From the NCBI RefSeq assembly GCF_902459465.1, contig NC_047062.1, forward strand, positions 3,596,001 through 3,660,000: a stretch of 64,000 bases of DNA, written 5' to 3'. The notes below the pieces were generated by a model that was given only the letters and a program-made list of their open reading frames with translations, made no database searches and had not been told where the DNA came from. The position numbers and the translations under genes are program-made. Of the stretch, positions 24,285 through 37,393 are shown piece by piece. Position 1 is the first letter of the stretch, and each line of letters starts with the position of its first letter. This stretch comes from Asterias rubens (taxonomy: Eukaryota).

Positions 24285-27200
24285 CTGAGAAATGATGACA
24301 AATTGAATGAATTTTAGAAAATGATAATATTGAGTGGTGGGGCTTCTTCTTTTTTTTGGAAAACTGAATTTGTTAATCTTTTGTTTTCTTTTTTTATGAG
24401 GTGTAGTTAAGGCGTTTTGTTGAAGACAAAAACAATTGTATTTTTCTTTTTTTGTTGAGACTATTACAAGTTGAACAATTTATAACTTTTACTCAAAGAA
24501 ACCGAAATCTAATGGCCCTGCACAAAAATGCACCTACCATGTCCACCTGCTAGTGTACACTAAACAATTGACTCCGAAAATGGTGGAAATGGTAGATGCA
24601 CATAGTGCATGCAGTACTGTCATATATTACAGTCAACTCTATGGATTTGCAAAACTGTAGGCTCAATTTTGCTGTAATACAAGGTAATGAAATCAACTGA
24701 AACTTGTATCATCGATGAATCACCAATTTCTACTAAGTTGTCCGGTGCAGATTCTTTGTGATTGCTTGCAATAATAGGTAATCAACCAACGGACAAATGG
24801 ACAGACAAGAGACAACAAAAAACTTACCGGCTGAAAATGGCATAAGTGCAGGTCTGTTCTGGACTTTTCCATTCTCGCCCAAGAACCTCTCTGGCCTGAA
24901 CTTCTCTGGCTCCACCCACTGGGTGGGGTCAATGTGAACCGAGTACAGATTGATGTAGATGGGCGTGTCTTTGGGAATACTGAAACCACACAGCTCCGTG
25001 TCTTCTGTTGTTTTGTGTGGGTATGGTAGAGCTGTGATGTTGGCCATTCGCTGTACCTCCATCAAGGTGGCTTCTGTGTAGGGCAGATTCTGTCTGTCTT
25101 CGATGCTTGGAAGTTGGTCCTTTTCGAGTACGGAGTCTAACTCTGCTTGAATCTTCTCCTGGACATCTGGGAAGACGATCATGTAGAGAAGAGCCCACCT
25201 GAGTGTGGAGGACATTGTCTCTGTGCCTGCGAAGATGAGATCATTCAAGATGTGGTAGAGATACTTCTCGGTGAAGGATGCTGAGGTGGCATCATCTGAG
25301 GGGCTCTCCTGCTGGCGACGAGCGATCTCACCAAGGTAAGCATCTATGAAGTCCCGCTTGGCTTTAGGGTCATAGGTCTCCTTGTGCTGATTGATGATGC
25401 CCATCAAGAAGCTCTCAATAATGTCGCTGATGTGGAACATCTCGCGGATGTTTGGGAGAGGAAGCTTGATGAGAAACGGGAAGAAGTTTGCCGCGGCTGC
25501 GTTGGTGCCGATCTCAGAGAATCTGTAAATCATGTCCACGAGGAGCTGAAATTGGGGATCTTTGTAGTCGAACCTCCGACCAAAGTTGAGACTGCTGACC
25601 ACGTTGGATGCACTGATCTCAAGGATGTGATCTGCTTGGAAGGCTTCGCTCCCCTTCTCTCGGAAGGCCGCCAGCATGTGATGAATCTCCTCTGTGATTT
25701 TGGTCTCAAAGCTCCTCTTCCCAAAACCAAAGTTTCTGAGAGTCTGAAGAGTGAAGCGTCGCTGCTCTCGCCAGACTGGACCATAATCCGAGGTCACAAT
25801 TCCTGAAGTGGCAAATAATAAGACACAAACTCGTAAGACACAATGTTGTGGTTTTTTTTTTAATGATTATATTCCAGGCCACGTTTTCAACAACAATAAA
25901 GCTTGTGTAAATATTGCTAAGTATTAGTGTGTGGTTTGTTTGTGCGTTTTGCATTGTTATTGCTTCTCATTTTGTTTTCTTAGCTGTGTGGGAAATTTCT
26001 TGTTTCAACACTATTTCGTTTAATTATGACCATATATAAAGGTCCTTTCTCTATGATATGATTACTGACCATTGAGAGACATCCGGAGGGCTTAAACCCA
26101 ACAAATAATTATAACCCCTTGAAAACTGAGCCATTCAAAGGGTTGATCGCATAACTTACACTCCGATTGTCAGTAACATTGCAAACCACTTAAGTGGGGT
26201 TTCCAAGGGGGTCTTTTATTTGGTAAGGGCATAATTGAAATCTTTTGATAGATGGGCAATTGCCCGTGCGTGGACCACTAAATCAGATCCATGGCTGTGG
26301 AGTGTAGACATCGGATGGACAATGAAATAGCGACCGCAATAACGGCTTATGAATGATACATTTGCAATTCTGATAATAGTAGGGCAGCCGACTGTTTTTA
26401 CAATTTATTATTTCTGGTGAAGTTTCTGTGATTGCCGTTATCAAATTAAAACCTTAAAATGCTGGAAAATCTGAAAATGTTGGTACGATGATAACTATAA
26501 TGTGAGTAACTAAAACGCGCTAAAGAACTGCGCCGAATCAAACAATTGAATTTCACAAGACATGAACAGTTTGAAGTCTGGAACAGTCTGGACGCGCTAG
26601 AAGTCGAAAACCGACTGTTTCAGTCGTTCGATTTTGTCACGAGCCGGACCTCTGCCTGGAATCGGCAACGTCTCTAAAATTTCAAATCCTGTCATAAGTT
26701 TTTTGGTTATATACAATTCCTGTACGCAGCCGACATTTTAAAGAAAAATTCATGCACAATGGGTTTGTCAGTAACCCATGCGTTATTTGTAGGCAACGGT
26801 CAGTATAGGCATTTTATTTATAGCTGACCCCTCTGGAAGTGCAACTTCCTTTACACAATTGGTAACCTGTAGATTCTATATAAATATCGCAGCCCAATTT
26901 TCCGATCAATTGTGCGAGACAATGTGCCCAAATTACTTGTCGGATTTACTGTTAGCAAACAGCGGATAAGTTGGAGTCAGGAAAGTGCACGCACCCTCAC
27001 CAGTGAGGGTTCAATGCAAACACAATAGAAACCACCGGTCATTTTCACCCCTTGTACGCGGGAGAATTCTCGCTGAGGCTGGTCAGTGAAAAGAAGTAAA
27101 AAATGGCGCCGGATTTTCCGACGAGGTATTGATCTGAGGATTTAAAAGCTGTCCATCTTTTGGAGCGTGTCCCGGGGGGGCTTCAATGAAGCACTTTGGT

Positions 27201-30200
27201 GGCGTTTGTTCGTACTTAATTTGGTCATTGTCCGTGTAAATGAAACAAGGTGTGTCAACTGTTAACCAACGGGTGGGGGAGAAAAACGGTAAACCGTTTG
27301 ACCGCAGCGATGTCACAGGCGGCTAGGCATGATCCCGCATATACTATAGGGTTGATCGTCACATTGTAAGTTGAAGAGAACAATGAAACTGAGGAATTGA
27401 TTAAACGTTCTCCGTCTGTCTGGATACGTCTAAAAAGTGCATTTTATATAGAAAGGGCACTTGTGAGCCTATCATACAAAATTTGCGTTTTGAGGTATGT
27501 ATTCAATGCCAGAAAATTGATACTTATTTGTTGCAAACTGCCTACCAACTCAATAAAAAAAACGAGTGGTCTGACGTTTCGACCAAAGCAGAGTACATGT
27601 ATTTATTAAATACTAGCAGTGGTCAGCCTTCCAACTGCAAGGGTTACCATTTTGTGCAAACTTTAAATTGAAAATACAATCGCAACATGCATTAAAGCAT
27701 AGGGGGACCCATGAACTAATTGAATCTGTGTCGAAAAAAATGGATCAAATTTTAGCACAAAAATTCCTGCATTTGCAGCTGTGAAGTCATGCAGTGGCCT
27801 TATGACTCACGTAATAAGCACTTGAATTCTCAGGCATGCACCATCAAGAATATAGCCCCTGGTTTTAAAATATGAAAATTGGGAAAAAGACACCGGTCAA
27901 ATCCATTTGAGAGTTGTCCCCTGTCTCGTGAAACTGCTCCCTCGGCACGCACTATCATGGCTGGAAGATTGGTCCCAGTTATGGGGCTCCACAATGGTCA
28001 CACGTCGACATACGATAGGAACCCTTTTTGGCGGCAAACGTGAACAATTACAAAGTAAGTGATTTTTTGGCCCGGGGTCGAGTTCTTTCTGTATGTCTTT
28101 ATATGACACTTGTGATTTGGAGGAATTGTGGAGCCGTGGAGAGGACAGCCGGGAGTGAAAGGAAAACTGATTTTATGAATCTATAAAATAGTGCAGATGC
28201 CCTTGGATTGGAAGTGCAGTCGTCGCCACTGGGGAGTAACCGTGATATGACTTAATGCACTGGAGCAGTTCTCTATATTGGGATATTATCTACATGTTTT
28301 ATAGGTTGGATCGACTCATATGCAAAGGAATTTTACAATTAATTTGATTTCACAGGGTAGTTTGAATTTTAGCCGTGTGTATAAAAAGTCACATTAAAAA
28401 CAGTTAAAGACAGTGGACACTATTGGTGATTGTCAAATGCCAGTCTTCTCACTTGGTGTATCTCAACATATGCATAAAATAACCTGTGAACATTTTAGCT
28501 CAATTGGTCGTTGAAGTTGCGAGATAATAATGAAAGAAAAAAACACCATTGTCACACGAAGTTGTGTGCGTTTAGATGGTTGATTTCGAGACCTCAAATT
28601 CTAAACCTGAGGTCTCGAAATCAAATTCGTGGAAAATTACTTCTGTCTCGAAAACTATGTCACTTCGGAGCCGTTTCTCACAATGTTTTATACCATCAAC
28701 CTCACCCCAATACTTGTCACCAAGTAATGTTTTATGCTAATAATTATTTTAAGTAATTACCAATAGTGTCCGCTGCCTTTGGTTTTCAATGGGGGGCAAT
28801 CATTTCCCAACCGATTTGGTGGTTTGCTGCGCAGTAGAATGAAGAAGAGGAAAAGCTAAGTACAATCATGAGACATAAGCAGTTCAAGGCACTGGACACT
28901 AATGGTTAGTACTGAAAATATGTGTTAGCATAAACATGTATATTATAGGAGAGCTCTTGATAGTATCAAACAATGTGAGAAACGGCTCCCTCACAAAGTG
29001 AGAATCCTGGTCTTTGACATTCGTTACAAAATGTGTCCAGTGCCTTTAAGATTGATGTGTGGTTCATAGTTCATTATACCCCAGGCATGTCCAAAAACAC
29101 TTGTTATAACATTGTAAGATGTGCAGTTGTATAATCAATATCAAGATCTCGATTTACACTGCACCGCAAGGCACCCTCAAAATCGAACCCAGAGACAAGC
29201 AAAGCCATAAAACGCGGCTCCAGTCGTATTTACCACAAATTTCTTTCCAACTTTTAAAGTAGGGTGGATTAATATCAGCGGTTTGTCTTTCATCTTGGTG
29301 ATTCGTCAAGACAATTAAAATAAGATAACAATTAGCACACGACCTGTTTCTGAGAAAGAAACATAAAATCCAACCGGCTTTTAAAAAAAGATACAATTAA
29401 GGTCAGACAGTTGTTTGTTGAAGAGCGGAAGTGTTGGCATTTTAATCTTCTGACCATTGACACCCATGTTTGCTTAGCCGATTGTCAACTATAGATCATC
29501 GTCGGCTCTTGTTGTAACAGTAGTAAGCGAGTAAATACAAACAACAATACACTAAGTAAACACTGTGGACCAAGATTACTAACCATGGAGCAATGCTAAA
29601 ACTAGGACTGGGACTATTCAGCCAATGCAACGAGGCCAATCAATGTGTCAACCCGAAAACACACGTGTTTGGTTGTGTAATTTCGACATCTCATGCACTT
29701 TGGAATTCGACCAACAAGCATAACACATTTTACATCCGTGTTTCGGTTTAAAAAATAAAAATGATTGACAATCTTTTCCAGTTATTTTTAAAGGATTGCG
29801 ATATCTACATTTCTTATCAAAGCCCCCATGTTTTAATGATATCTTATGTTTGTGAACAACAGGAAAGCCCACTCCAAACATGAATAAAGCCGTGACTTCT
29901 GCGAATTCCCAGAAACAAGAGTTGTTTTCTTATCTTGACAACAGTTTGTGTAAGCAAATCAATGCAATAAATAAAGAATGATTGCTTAATGAGTAACCTA
30001 CACACAAGAAACGAGTATGGTGAAAATATATTCGATATGCCCATATCACGTGGCGGCAGTGTGACAGTTTGTTTGTAGACTACGCTTGATTGCGTTTACT
30101 ATTGTTTTATTATTGACCGTGCATAAGGTTGATACGAAGGTTGACACGAAGATGCACGACGTGCTCACATGCGTCAGCAAGTACAAAATGTCTGATAATA

Positions 30201-30962
30201 CTAGGAGGACTGCGATACGCATATAGGTCTGCCCTTTGCGTCTTAAAAACTCAAAAATCACGATCAAGATCAACTTTAGAGCTCCGTTTAGTCTTGATCA
30301 GAAAACAATATAGTTTACTACAGCAAGTCTTGTAATAAGAAGGGAAAAACGACGCAAAACATAAACTTATTGGGCCGGCGTTCCAAAGCCAATTTCAATC
30401 ATAATTCTGTGGGCCTTCTTAACATACATTGTAGTAAACAAACACGCCCACAACCCCAGTCAACACTACGTAGCTGGAGAGATATGTTATGTTAGCAAAA
30501 TAGACGTAGCATGAGCCAATTTCATTTAATATTTTGTGAATGACCCGTGTAGAAAACAGCAGCGCACAGTTTGCATAATGAGGGTTGTTTATGTAGTTGA
30601 AGGTTATTCTTACCTTGCCCTTCTGTGAGTTCATGAAACAGAGCCATCTTAGGTCGACCAGCGAAAGCTGAGGCGTTCTTCACCAGTGCCTCCCGGACCG
30701 CCTCGAACCCGTTGACCACCACTACTCGTTGTCCGGCCAAGTTCATCCGGAACACTTTACCGTACGTTTTGGTCATCTCGAGAAAGGTGAGATGAGGATT
30801 CGTGCCGAGACTTAGGAGGCTGCCGATGATGGGCAGACCCCAGGGGCCTGGAGGCAGATTCTTGGGTCTCCTCCGGTACTGTCGTACGGCGGTCAGCACA
30901 AGGAGGAAAGTGACTGCGAAGAGGAGAAGCGTATGAAATCCCACAGAGATGCTGTCGTCCAT
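24106..30962 (-). CDS. Cytochrome P450, CYP2 clan (CYP2J/CYP2U-like), 3 exons, 500 aa: join(30614..30962,24828..25802,24106..24284)
   Basis: Has an N-terminal membrane anchor, PPGPWGLP hinge, C-helix WREQRRF..LRNFGFGK, I-helix AGTETMSST, K-helix EVQR, PERF, and heme motif PFSAGRRACPG split across the last intron. Both introns are GT-AG and phase 1. CDS is 1503 nt ending in TGA. Ortholog not assignable by eye. Confidence 0.95.
24828..25802 (-). CDS. P450 exon 2 (975 bp)
   Basis: Acceptor cttcag|GAATT, donor GCCG|gtaag. Lies within ORF 24733..25797. Confidence 0.96.
28405..28780 (-). mobile_element. Kolobok-like MITE family A (A1), P450 intron 1
   Basis: TTAAAGACAGTGGACAC ... GTGTCCGCTGCCTTT. 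Confidence 0.85.
28885..29048 (+). mobile_element. Internally deleted family A MITE
   Basis: AAGGCACTGGACAC ... GTGTCCAGTGCCTTTAA, only about 165 bp. Confidence 0.7.
30614..30962 (-). CDS. P450 exon 1 (MDDSISVGFHTLLLFAVTFLLVLTAVRQYRRRPKNLPPGPWGLP...)
   Basis: ATG at 30962 precedes the hydrophobic anchor; donor CAAG|gtaag. The start choice is inference, because the frame stays open further upstream. Confidence 0.92.
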
Positions 30963-33900
30963 CGCGATCAGGTATGATGGGTCGAAGAAATGGAATACAG
31001 AGCAGCAATGCCGAGCAATAGATTCAAATAACATACAAACAGCTGAATCGGAGTTTGTGAACACAGTAAAAAAAATGATTTGTACTTTCAGTGTATTCTT
31101 AACTCCCTCAGTAAGATGTTAAGATGCTGGACAGTATTCAAGCTCACTGGTGTATCAGTGTCAAGTGAGAATAGAATATGAATCTCATCTCACCAAGCAC
31201 GTGTCTCTAGTTATCAACTGAACTCTTGTCAACATTGGATCGCATTTATATCAAACTTTTTTACGTTACGCGTACATGGTACACACACGAGCCGCGGCCA
31301 CCTTTTACAACCTGTAATTGTAAACTGACCCTAGTTTCCTTATATGGAATTGTGGGCGTTGTTGGTCGCTGGCCAATGGCAACACGTTGTGACGAATCAA
31401 AGATCGGTTATCTCAAGTGACGTGCGAAGTCACTAACGTTTCGTTGAATTATGCATTGGCAACCCAGGTAGTACAGTGTCACGTCCCCCATGCATCAATT
31501 TCATAATGTACATTTTGCATTACCATCCATGTAAATGTACATGTACTGTATGCTCATTATGTAGAGTATAAAGGCCTACATTTTGATACATGCGCTTGTG
31601 TAGCAACACATGTAATTCTAGACCTACCTGTATACAGAATGTGCATGCTCTGCAATGTTTCACGTAAATGCTGCGCACCGAAACATTTTCCATAATTATT
31701 ACATTTTCCAGAGTAGTCAAAAAGATCTTTTTTAAAAATATGTTTCTGTTCTTTCAGGAATATGGAAAGGTTTGAACTTTTGGAGCTGGGGTTTGAACTT
31801 TTGAAGGGCATTAACCTTTCCAAAGCAGTAAAGACAATTTTGTATATGTTTTATATGGACCAATATTAATGATTAATCCTTTATCTTTATGACAATCTTA
31901 CGGAACCGCGAAAATTACGAATAGGAAGGAAGATGTCAAAAAAAACAGCAACTACGACAACAACAACATCAACATCAGTAAACAACACTGCCAATGTGTG
32001 GATATGCGAACAGAATTTCCGCATATTTCTTCGTGGTGTTTATATCTTTCCGTAAGGCTCGTGTTTTATGTTCGGTACGTGCGGGGTAATCGAGACGGGC
32101 CGCTCGTCGCCGCACGCGGGGGGTCTTGCGTCCGGCTGGTCTTGCGTCCGGCTGCCAGGCCGCCGTGGGTACGGAATGAGTAAACGGGATATTTCAAACC
32201 GGCGATGTATCTAGCTCATAATAAACCCCGGATATCCATACGGAAAAAACAAACTCCATTCATCCATTTTAAAATAGGAATGATTTCAATAGTATTTTTG
32301 GCTGTGAGTATAAAGGGATATCCACGGATTTCACTGTGTGTCGGCGGTGTCAGGTTGTGTTGTTTGTGTGGGAGGGGGGGGGGGAGGAGGGCAAGTTTTC
32401 CGTAGCTTTGACGCTTAAGATAACAACAAACTGGTATTTGAGTTCGTGAATAAGGGTGACGTAGAACAAAACTTTGATGTTACATCCAAACATCCTTGTT
32501 CTTTCTTTAACAGTCGTCATCATTCTGTAAATAATATAGAATGATAGTTTCCTGCCCTGAGACATCGTCAAGTTTTTTCTTTACATTGATTGACTAAGTA
32601 AGCCTACGTACAAAAAGCGCCATCCCCTGCACTAGACGCTGTCTCGACACATGTTTCGGTAAGAAGAAAAAAAACGTTTCATAAAGCTATGTTAAAACTA
32701 TGTGTCAGGCGATGATGCACTAAAGATAACCTCACGAAGAATTATTTCGACCCAGACGAGGAGTCATGTAAATTCTACCCTTACCGGGTCAGCTAATTTT
32801 TACTGGGTCAGGTGACTGACCCTTACCGGGCCAGTCTAAAGAGCAAGGACCAGTATTCTGGAGGGTTTTTTTTTATTTTGAGTTTTGTGAAAACTTTTAG
32901 TGCCGAAAGGCACTGTTTTCTTTTTTTACCTGTAGTTTCAAAAAAGTGGTTGAGGAATATTGGTTTTGCCTTGGTGTTTTCCCGCCGTAAAAGTGCACCC
33001 AACTTGTTGTTGGTTTGATTCTCTCGTTTAAGTGGTTATGTTTGCCAAGGGGGCTTGTTTTAATACTCACCAAAAAACATGACACACGGGAAGTGCGGTT
33101 GCCTTTGCTCTGCCACCAAAACTTAACACCAGACGACCGCTGGAGGGCGTGCGTGCCTTTTCTCGCCTTTCGATGCACGCTCGTGGTTTGTTGGTGCGGC
33201 AACACACATGACCTCCCGTCGATTACACAGAAGGGGAGGTTAACACTTCGTCAATACAGATAGTTCCTGGATGCCAGTTTTAATCAATTTTACTCGTTGA
33301 TTTGCCGTAAATACAAGTTCAGGTGTGGTTTCAGAACACGAACGTGCCTTCTGCATGTCATGGATGAGTGAAAATCGAATCGAAAGAGTTCCTTTCAGAA
33401 CTTGTATTGTTAAAGTGCCGAATTGAACTCAACTGTTAGAGAGATAATCTAAGAATTCCTTTTTTGTTTGAAGATAGATTGTACCAAAACTTATTGTGAC
33501 TTGCTTTCCCTGCCAATTTTAAAGCGTCTTTGTCCAGATCACGCATTTTAAAATACCGCTGATTGAACCGCCTTTTTGTATTCCGTTTTGAATGCCATCA
33601 ATTTTATTTTGTCATTTCATTGTGTCGAATTTTCTATCAAACTTATTTTATTCAATTAAATTTTTAGGCATTCACAAAAATTCCATTCGTTTAGATGATA
33701 CAAACAAGTTGAAAGGCTCTGTGCGGTGTCAATAGAAAATACATTTGGAAGGGAGTTCTTATTATGCCTAAAGGGCCCATGGTTTACCGTCGGTCCTTCT
33801 GATTTTGGCAGATCGGACGAAATGTGACAGCTAAAGTTACTGACCATTTCCCATTGCGAAAGAAATCTCGACATCTCAAAACAATTCAATATCACCCGGA

Positions 33901-34446
33901 CTTTCGAAACTTTATCTAACTGGGTGGAACATTGAAAGTGCCATTGTTTATATAGGTACTGGACACATTTGACATACTAAATTGACTAATTATGTGAACA
34001 TTTTGACTCAATATTGATCATCAAAGTTGCAAGAGGTTAGTGAATGAAAAACACCTTTGTTTCACCAAATGAAACAGGGGAGGGGCTTGCTACCAGGATA
34101 AGTAGTTGACACTTTCAGAACAAACCTGTTGTTCTCTATTCTCTAGGGTAATATTTATGTTTATATTTTATTTTACTCGACCCCCCTCCCCCCCTTGTCT
34201 GTGAAATGGTCTCGAAAATGCTAATGGTCCTGTGGTTAAAAAAACAATGAACGCTGAGGATGTTCCCCAATAATGCAGAGACAATCGCTCCCTTGGAAGT
34301 ATCCAGATACAGTATTATAATTACATAAATAATTGGGAAGGTTCTTTTGAAAGCGATGTTGCCTCAAAGTCAAAATGTGGTTTGTAAGCATAACGAACTA
34401 AACATCCTGTATTGTATTGGGAACATTAATATCCCCCGAAAAGCCT

Positions 34447-34580
34447 GATACTTCACGGAGACAACGAAGGCGATTGCCTTGGTGCCCTGAAATGCTCGAC
34501 CAATATAAATTTACAATTTCCTCATATTGGGTGCCCTTTACCAAGGAGAAGATGCATTGGTGCACATGCCCTTAAAAAAA
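34447..34580 (-). mobile_element. Degenerate MITE family C-related copy
   Basis: GATACTTCACGGAGACA.. is the reverse complement of the body of 51239-51417. Confidence 0.55.
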
Positions 34581-35379
34581 CTCTATCGGGCTTTTTAACT
34601 TAAAGCAATTAGGAGAAAATGACAAACAAAGAAGAACATGCACGTTGGACATACAAATAAAACGACTTTGACGTTGACTAAACTCCACCCCCGCTTTTTA
34701 TCCATTGGACAAATGTTAAGAGCAGAGTGTACATTTTTCATATTTTTAAGCGATATTTCTTGGAATGAACTTGGTTTCGGAGACAAATACGAATAGACGG
34801 TGAATCACCTCGATACCTCGGTCTGTCAGCAGCGGAGGATTCGCGGTGAAGACCCGCCGTCTGCCGCCACCATAGTCCCCTGTAGTCATCAACACGTCGG
34901 ACTGGGGGAAGGAGGGTGGCGACGCGTCATTACGGTGCCGGTGAGAAAGGGCCTGGAGCGGGCGGAAGTTTTTGGAAGGAACAAACATTTTAATTTACTT
35001 ATAGGAAAGTGTTTTTCCTCCAATCTCAAGTGTTTATGTTTTTTTATCAATGTTAAAGAATTTGTTACCCTTATATAGATTTATTTGAAAGTCAGAGTAA
35101 GCCGATTTTTTTCTGGAACCGTTCAATAATGTTCAACCCTGTTAGCTGTACATAACAAAGCGTTTTTGAAAATCCGAAACAAAGTCCACGTCGGAAGAAT
35201 AAATGACCTAAGGAATTAATCATCTTAGAAGCGTTATCTGATTCAAATTTGTGGGCTTACAAACATTTATCTTTTTACTTAGAAGTGACATCAAGCCGTT
35301 TTATAAACGCTGCTGTAGGCTTCTTACCAAAGGTTTGTATTGCCATTAATTTTAGAGTGATACGTATCTTTCCCTATCA

Positions 35380-35487
35380 CTACACTGCAGTACTTTCCCG
35401 AGTTCTTTAAAAAAATCCATTGGCATGTCACTCAGTGGGATTTGAACCCACGACCTTTTTACGGTTGGAGCAGATGTTGTACCACTA
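35380..35487 (-). mobile_element. tRNA-derived SINE-like element
   Basis: CACTGCAGTACTTTCCCGAGT..GGGATTTGAACCCACGACC matches the 14460 family. Confidence 0.55.
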
Positions 35488-36595
35488 ATTTTATATATAG
35501 GGCCTATAAAACAAAGAAAAGGGGGAAATTAGTTTAGTATAAATAAATAATTTGGTAATAAACACATTTAAACATTAGTTTCACGATTTCGATGCATTCT
35601 AAATTACTATTGAACGTATAGAAAGGCAGTGAAACAATAAATTACTTCTACAAAAAGACAGCTACATTAGTGTTTTCCCTCACTTGAACGAAATAAGAAT
35701 CTGGACTCAATATGGGTGCCTTTCACAAAATGTGAAACACTGTTGAAAAAAAACATCGTTTAAAAAAAACCCTAACAAAACAGTGGTAGGCCTATTCATT
35801 ATTTTAAACAATAACAAGCGACAACAACCCAACAACAACAACAACATGTATGAATCATGGAGACCTGTCACGATCCGGTCGACGGATGGACCTTCGTACA
35901 ACGTGCCATAAATAAACTACTTTCGACGGATCCGGATGGTGGGGGGCGGGGTGTATGTGTGTGGCTAAGAATGGGTGGGGGGGGGGGTCACCTGTACCTA
36001 ATACCTCACATTACGAATGCCTTGATATCTTTGGTATATGTAATAAAACTATAGATTCTCCGGTATTGTCAAACTCGATTCCCTGTTATTTTCAAACGAG
36101 CTCATATTCACATTAACAACTTGATGGTGGAAGTATCATCGAATGATGTTATTTTCATCCTCCCAAGTCAGGTCAAACCATGATGGCTTGGCAGACTGTT
36201 GCATCGGTAACTGCAGTTGTTTTTATATATCGAATCAATATGAATGTAGACCATTATTGTCAGTGAACATTTCATTTTGAAATGCGGTTGCGTTTGTGAG
36301 ATATCGCCGAACATCTTGATGGTTATGTTCGTTCAGGATGTAAGAACATATCCTTAACTTTATTACACAATCTGAGAAACGTTTCATGCAGAAACGTTTC
36401 TCAGATCGACAATCGTTTTGATCCCCTCATCTAAAACCAAATGTCCACAGAGTGCAATCTTTCTCAAATTGTATATACATTTATCCGAACAGGCAGCAGG
36501 TGCGTATGTTTTGAGTAATTACCAACTGTTAGACTCGCCCCTTTACGGTTAGACAATGAGAAAGGAGCTACAGTCATTTGAATATTGACCCTGCC

Positions 36596-36970
36596 TAAAG
36601 GCAGTGGACACTATTGGTAATTACTCAAAATAATTAATAGCACAAAACCATACTTGGTAACGAGTAATGGAGAGCTGTTGATAGTATGAAACATTGTGTG
36701 AGAAACGGCTTCCTCTGAAGTAATGTACAACAAATTTTTCACGAATTTGATTTCGATACATCAGATTTAGAATTTGAGGTCTCGAAATCGAGCATCTGAA
36801 AGTGCACAACTTCGTGTCACATGGGTGTTTTTTCTTTCATTATTACTCTCGCAACTTCGATGACCGATTGAGCTCAAATTTTCACAGGTTTGTTATTTTA
36901 TGCATACGTTGAGATACACCAACTGTGAAGGCTAGTCTTTGACAATTACCAATAGTGTCCGGTGTCTTTA
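36596..36970 (+). mobile_element. Kolobok-like MITE family A (A1)
   Basis: TAAAGGCAGTGGACAC ... GTGTCCGGTGTCTTTAA. Confidence 0.85.
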
Positions 36971-37034
36971 ATATTTATAAATGTTGCAAACTGCTTAGCA
37001 AAAGAATCTCAGTATAAATGAAAAATAAAATAGT

Positions 37035-37392
37035 TAAAGCCATTATACACTTTTGGAACAGAAAAAAAAAGTTCACAGATTTACAAATAACTTACAGAGC
37101 TTACAGAAGGTAATGGTGAAAGACTTCTCTTGAAATATTGAAATGTTTTACTTTTTGAGAAAACGTTAAAACAATTATCAATTCTCGATATCGAGAATTA
37201 CGGATTTATTGTAAACACATGTAACACGGCGAACCGTGCGGAAACAAGGGTGGGTTTCCCGTTATTTTCTCCCGACTATGATGACCAATTGAGCCTAAAT
37301 TTTCACAGGTTTGTTATTTTATATATAAGTTGTGATACTTGAAGTGTGGGCCTTTGGACAATACTGTTTACCGAAAATGTCCAATGGCTTTA
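37035..37392 (+). mobile_element. Kolobok-like MITE family B
   Basis: TTAAAGCCATTATACAC ... GTCCAATGGCTTTAA. Second copy at 56275-56603. Shares the CCTAAATTTTCACAG..TTGTTATTTT block with family A. Confidence 0.8.
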
Positions 37393-37393
37393 A

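Noticed and set aside
24720-25954. Overlapping alternative-frame and antisense ORFs (24720, 24929, 25384, 25530, 25706)
   Set aside because: Shadows of the GC-richer P450 exon 2.
30963-31064. 34-aa N-terminal extension of the P450 from a GTG start
   Set aside because: Non-ATG start. The ATG at 30962 places the membrane anchor at the usual N-terminal position; an upstream in-frame ATG exists but is less typical.
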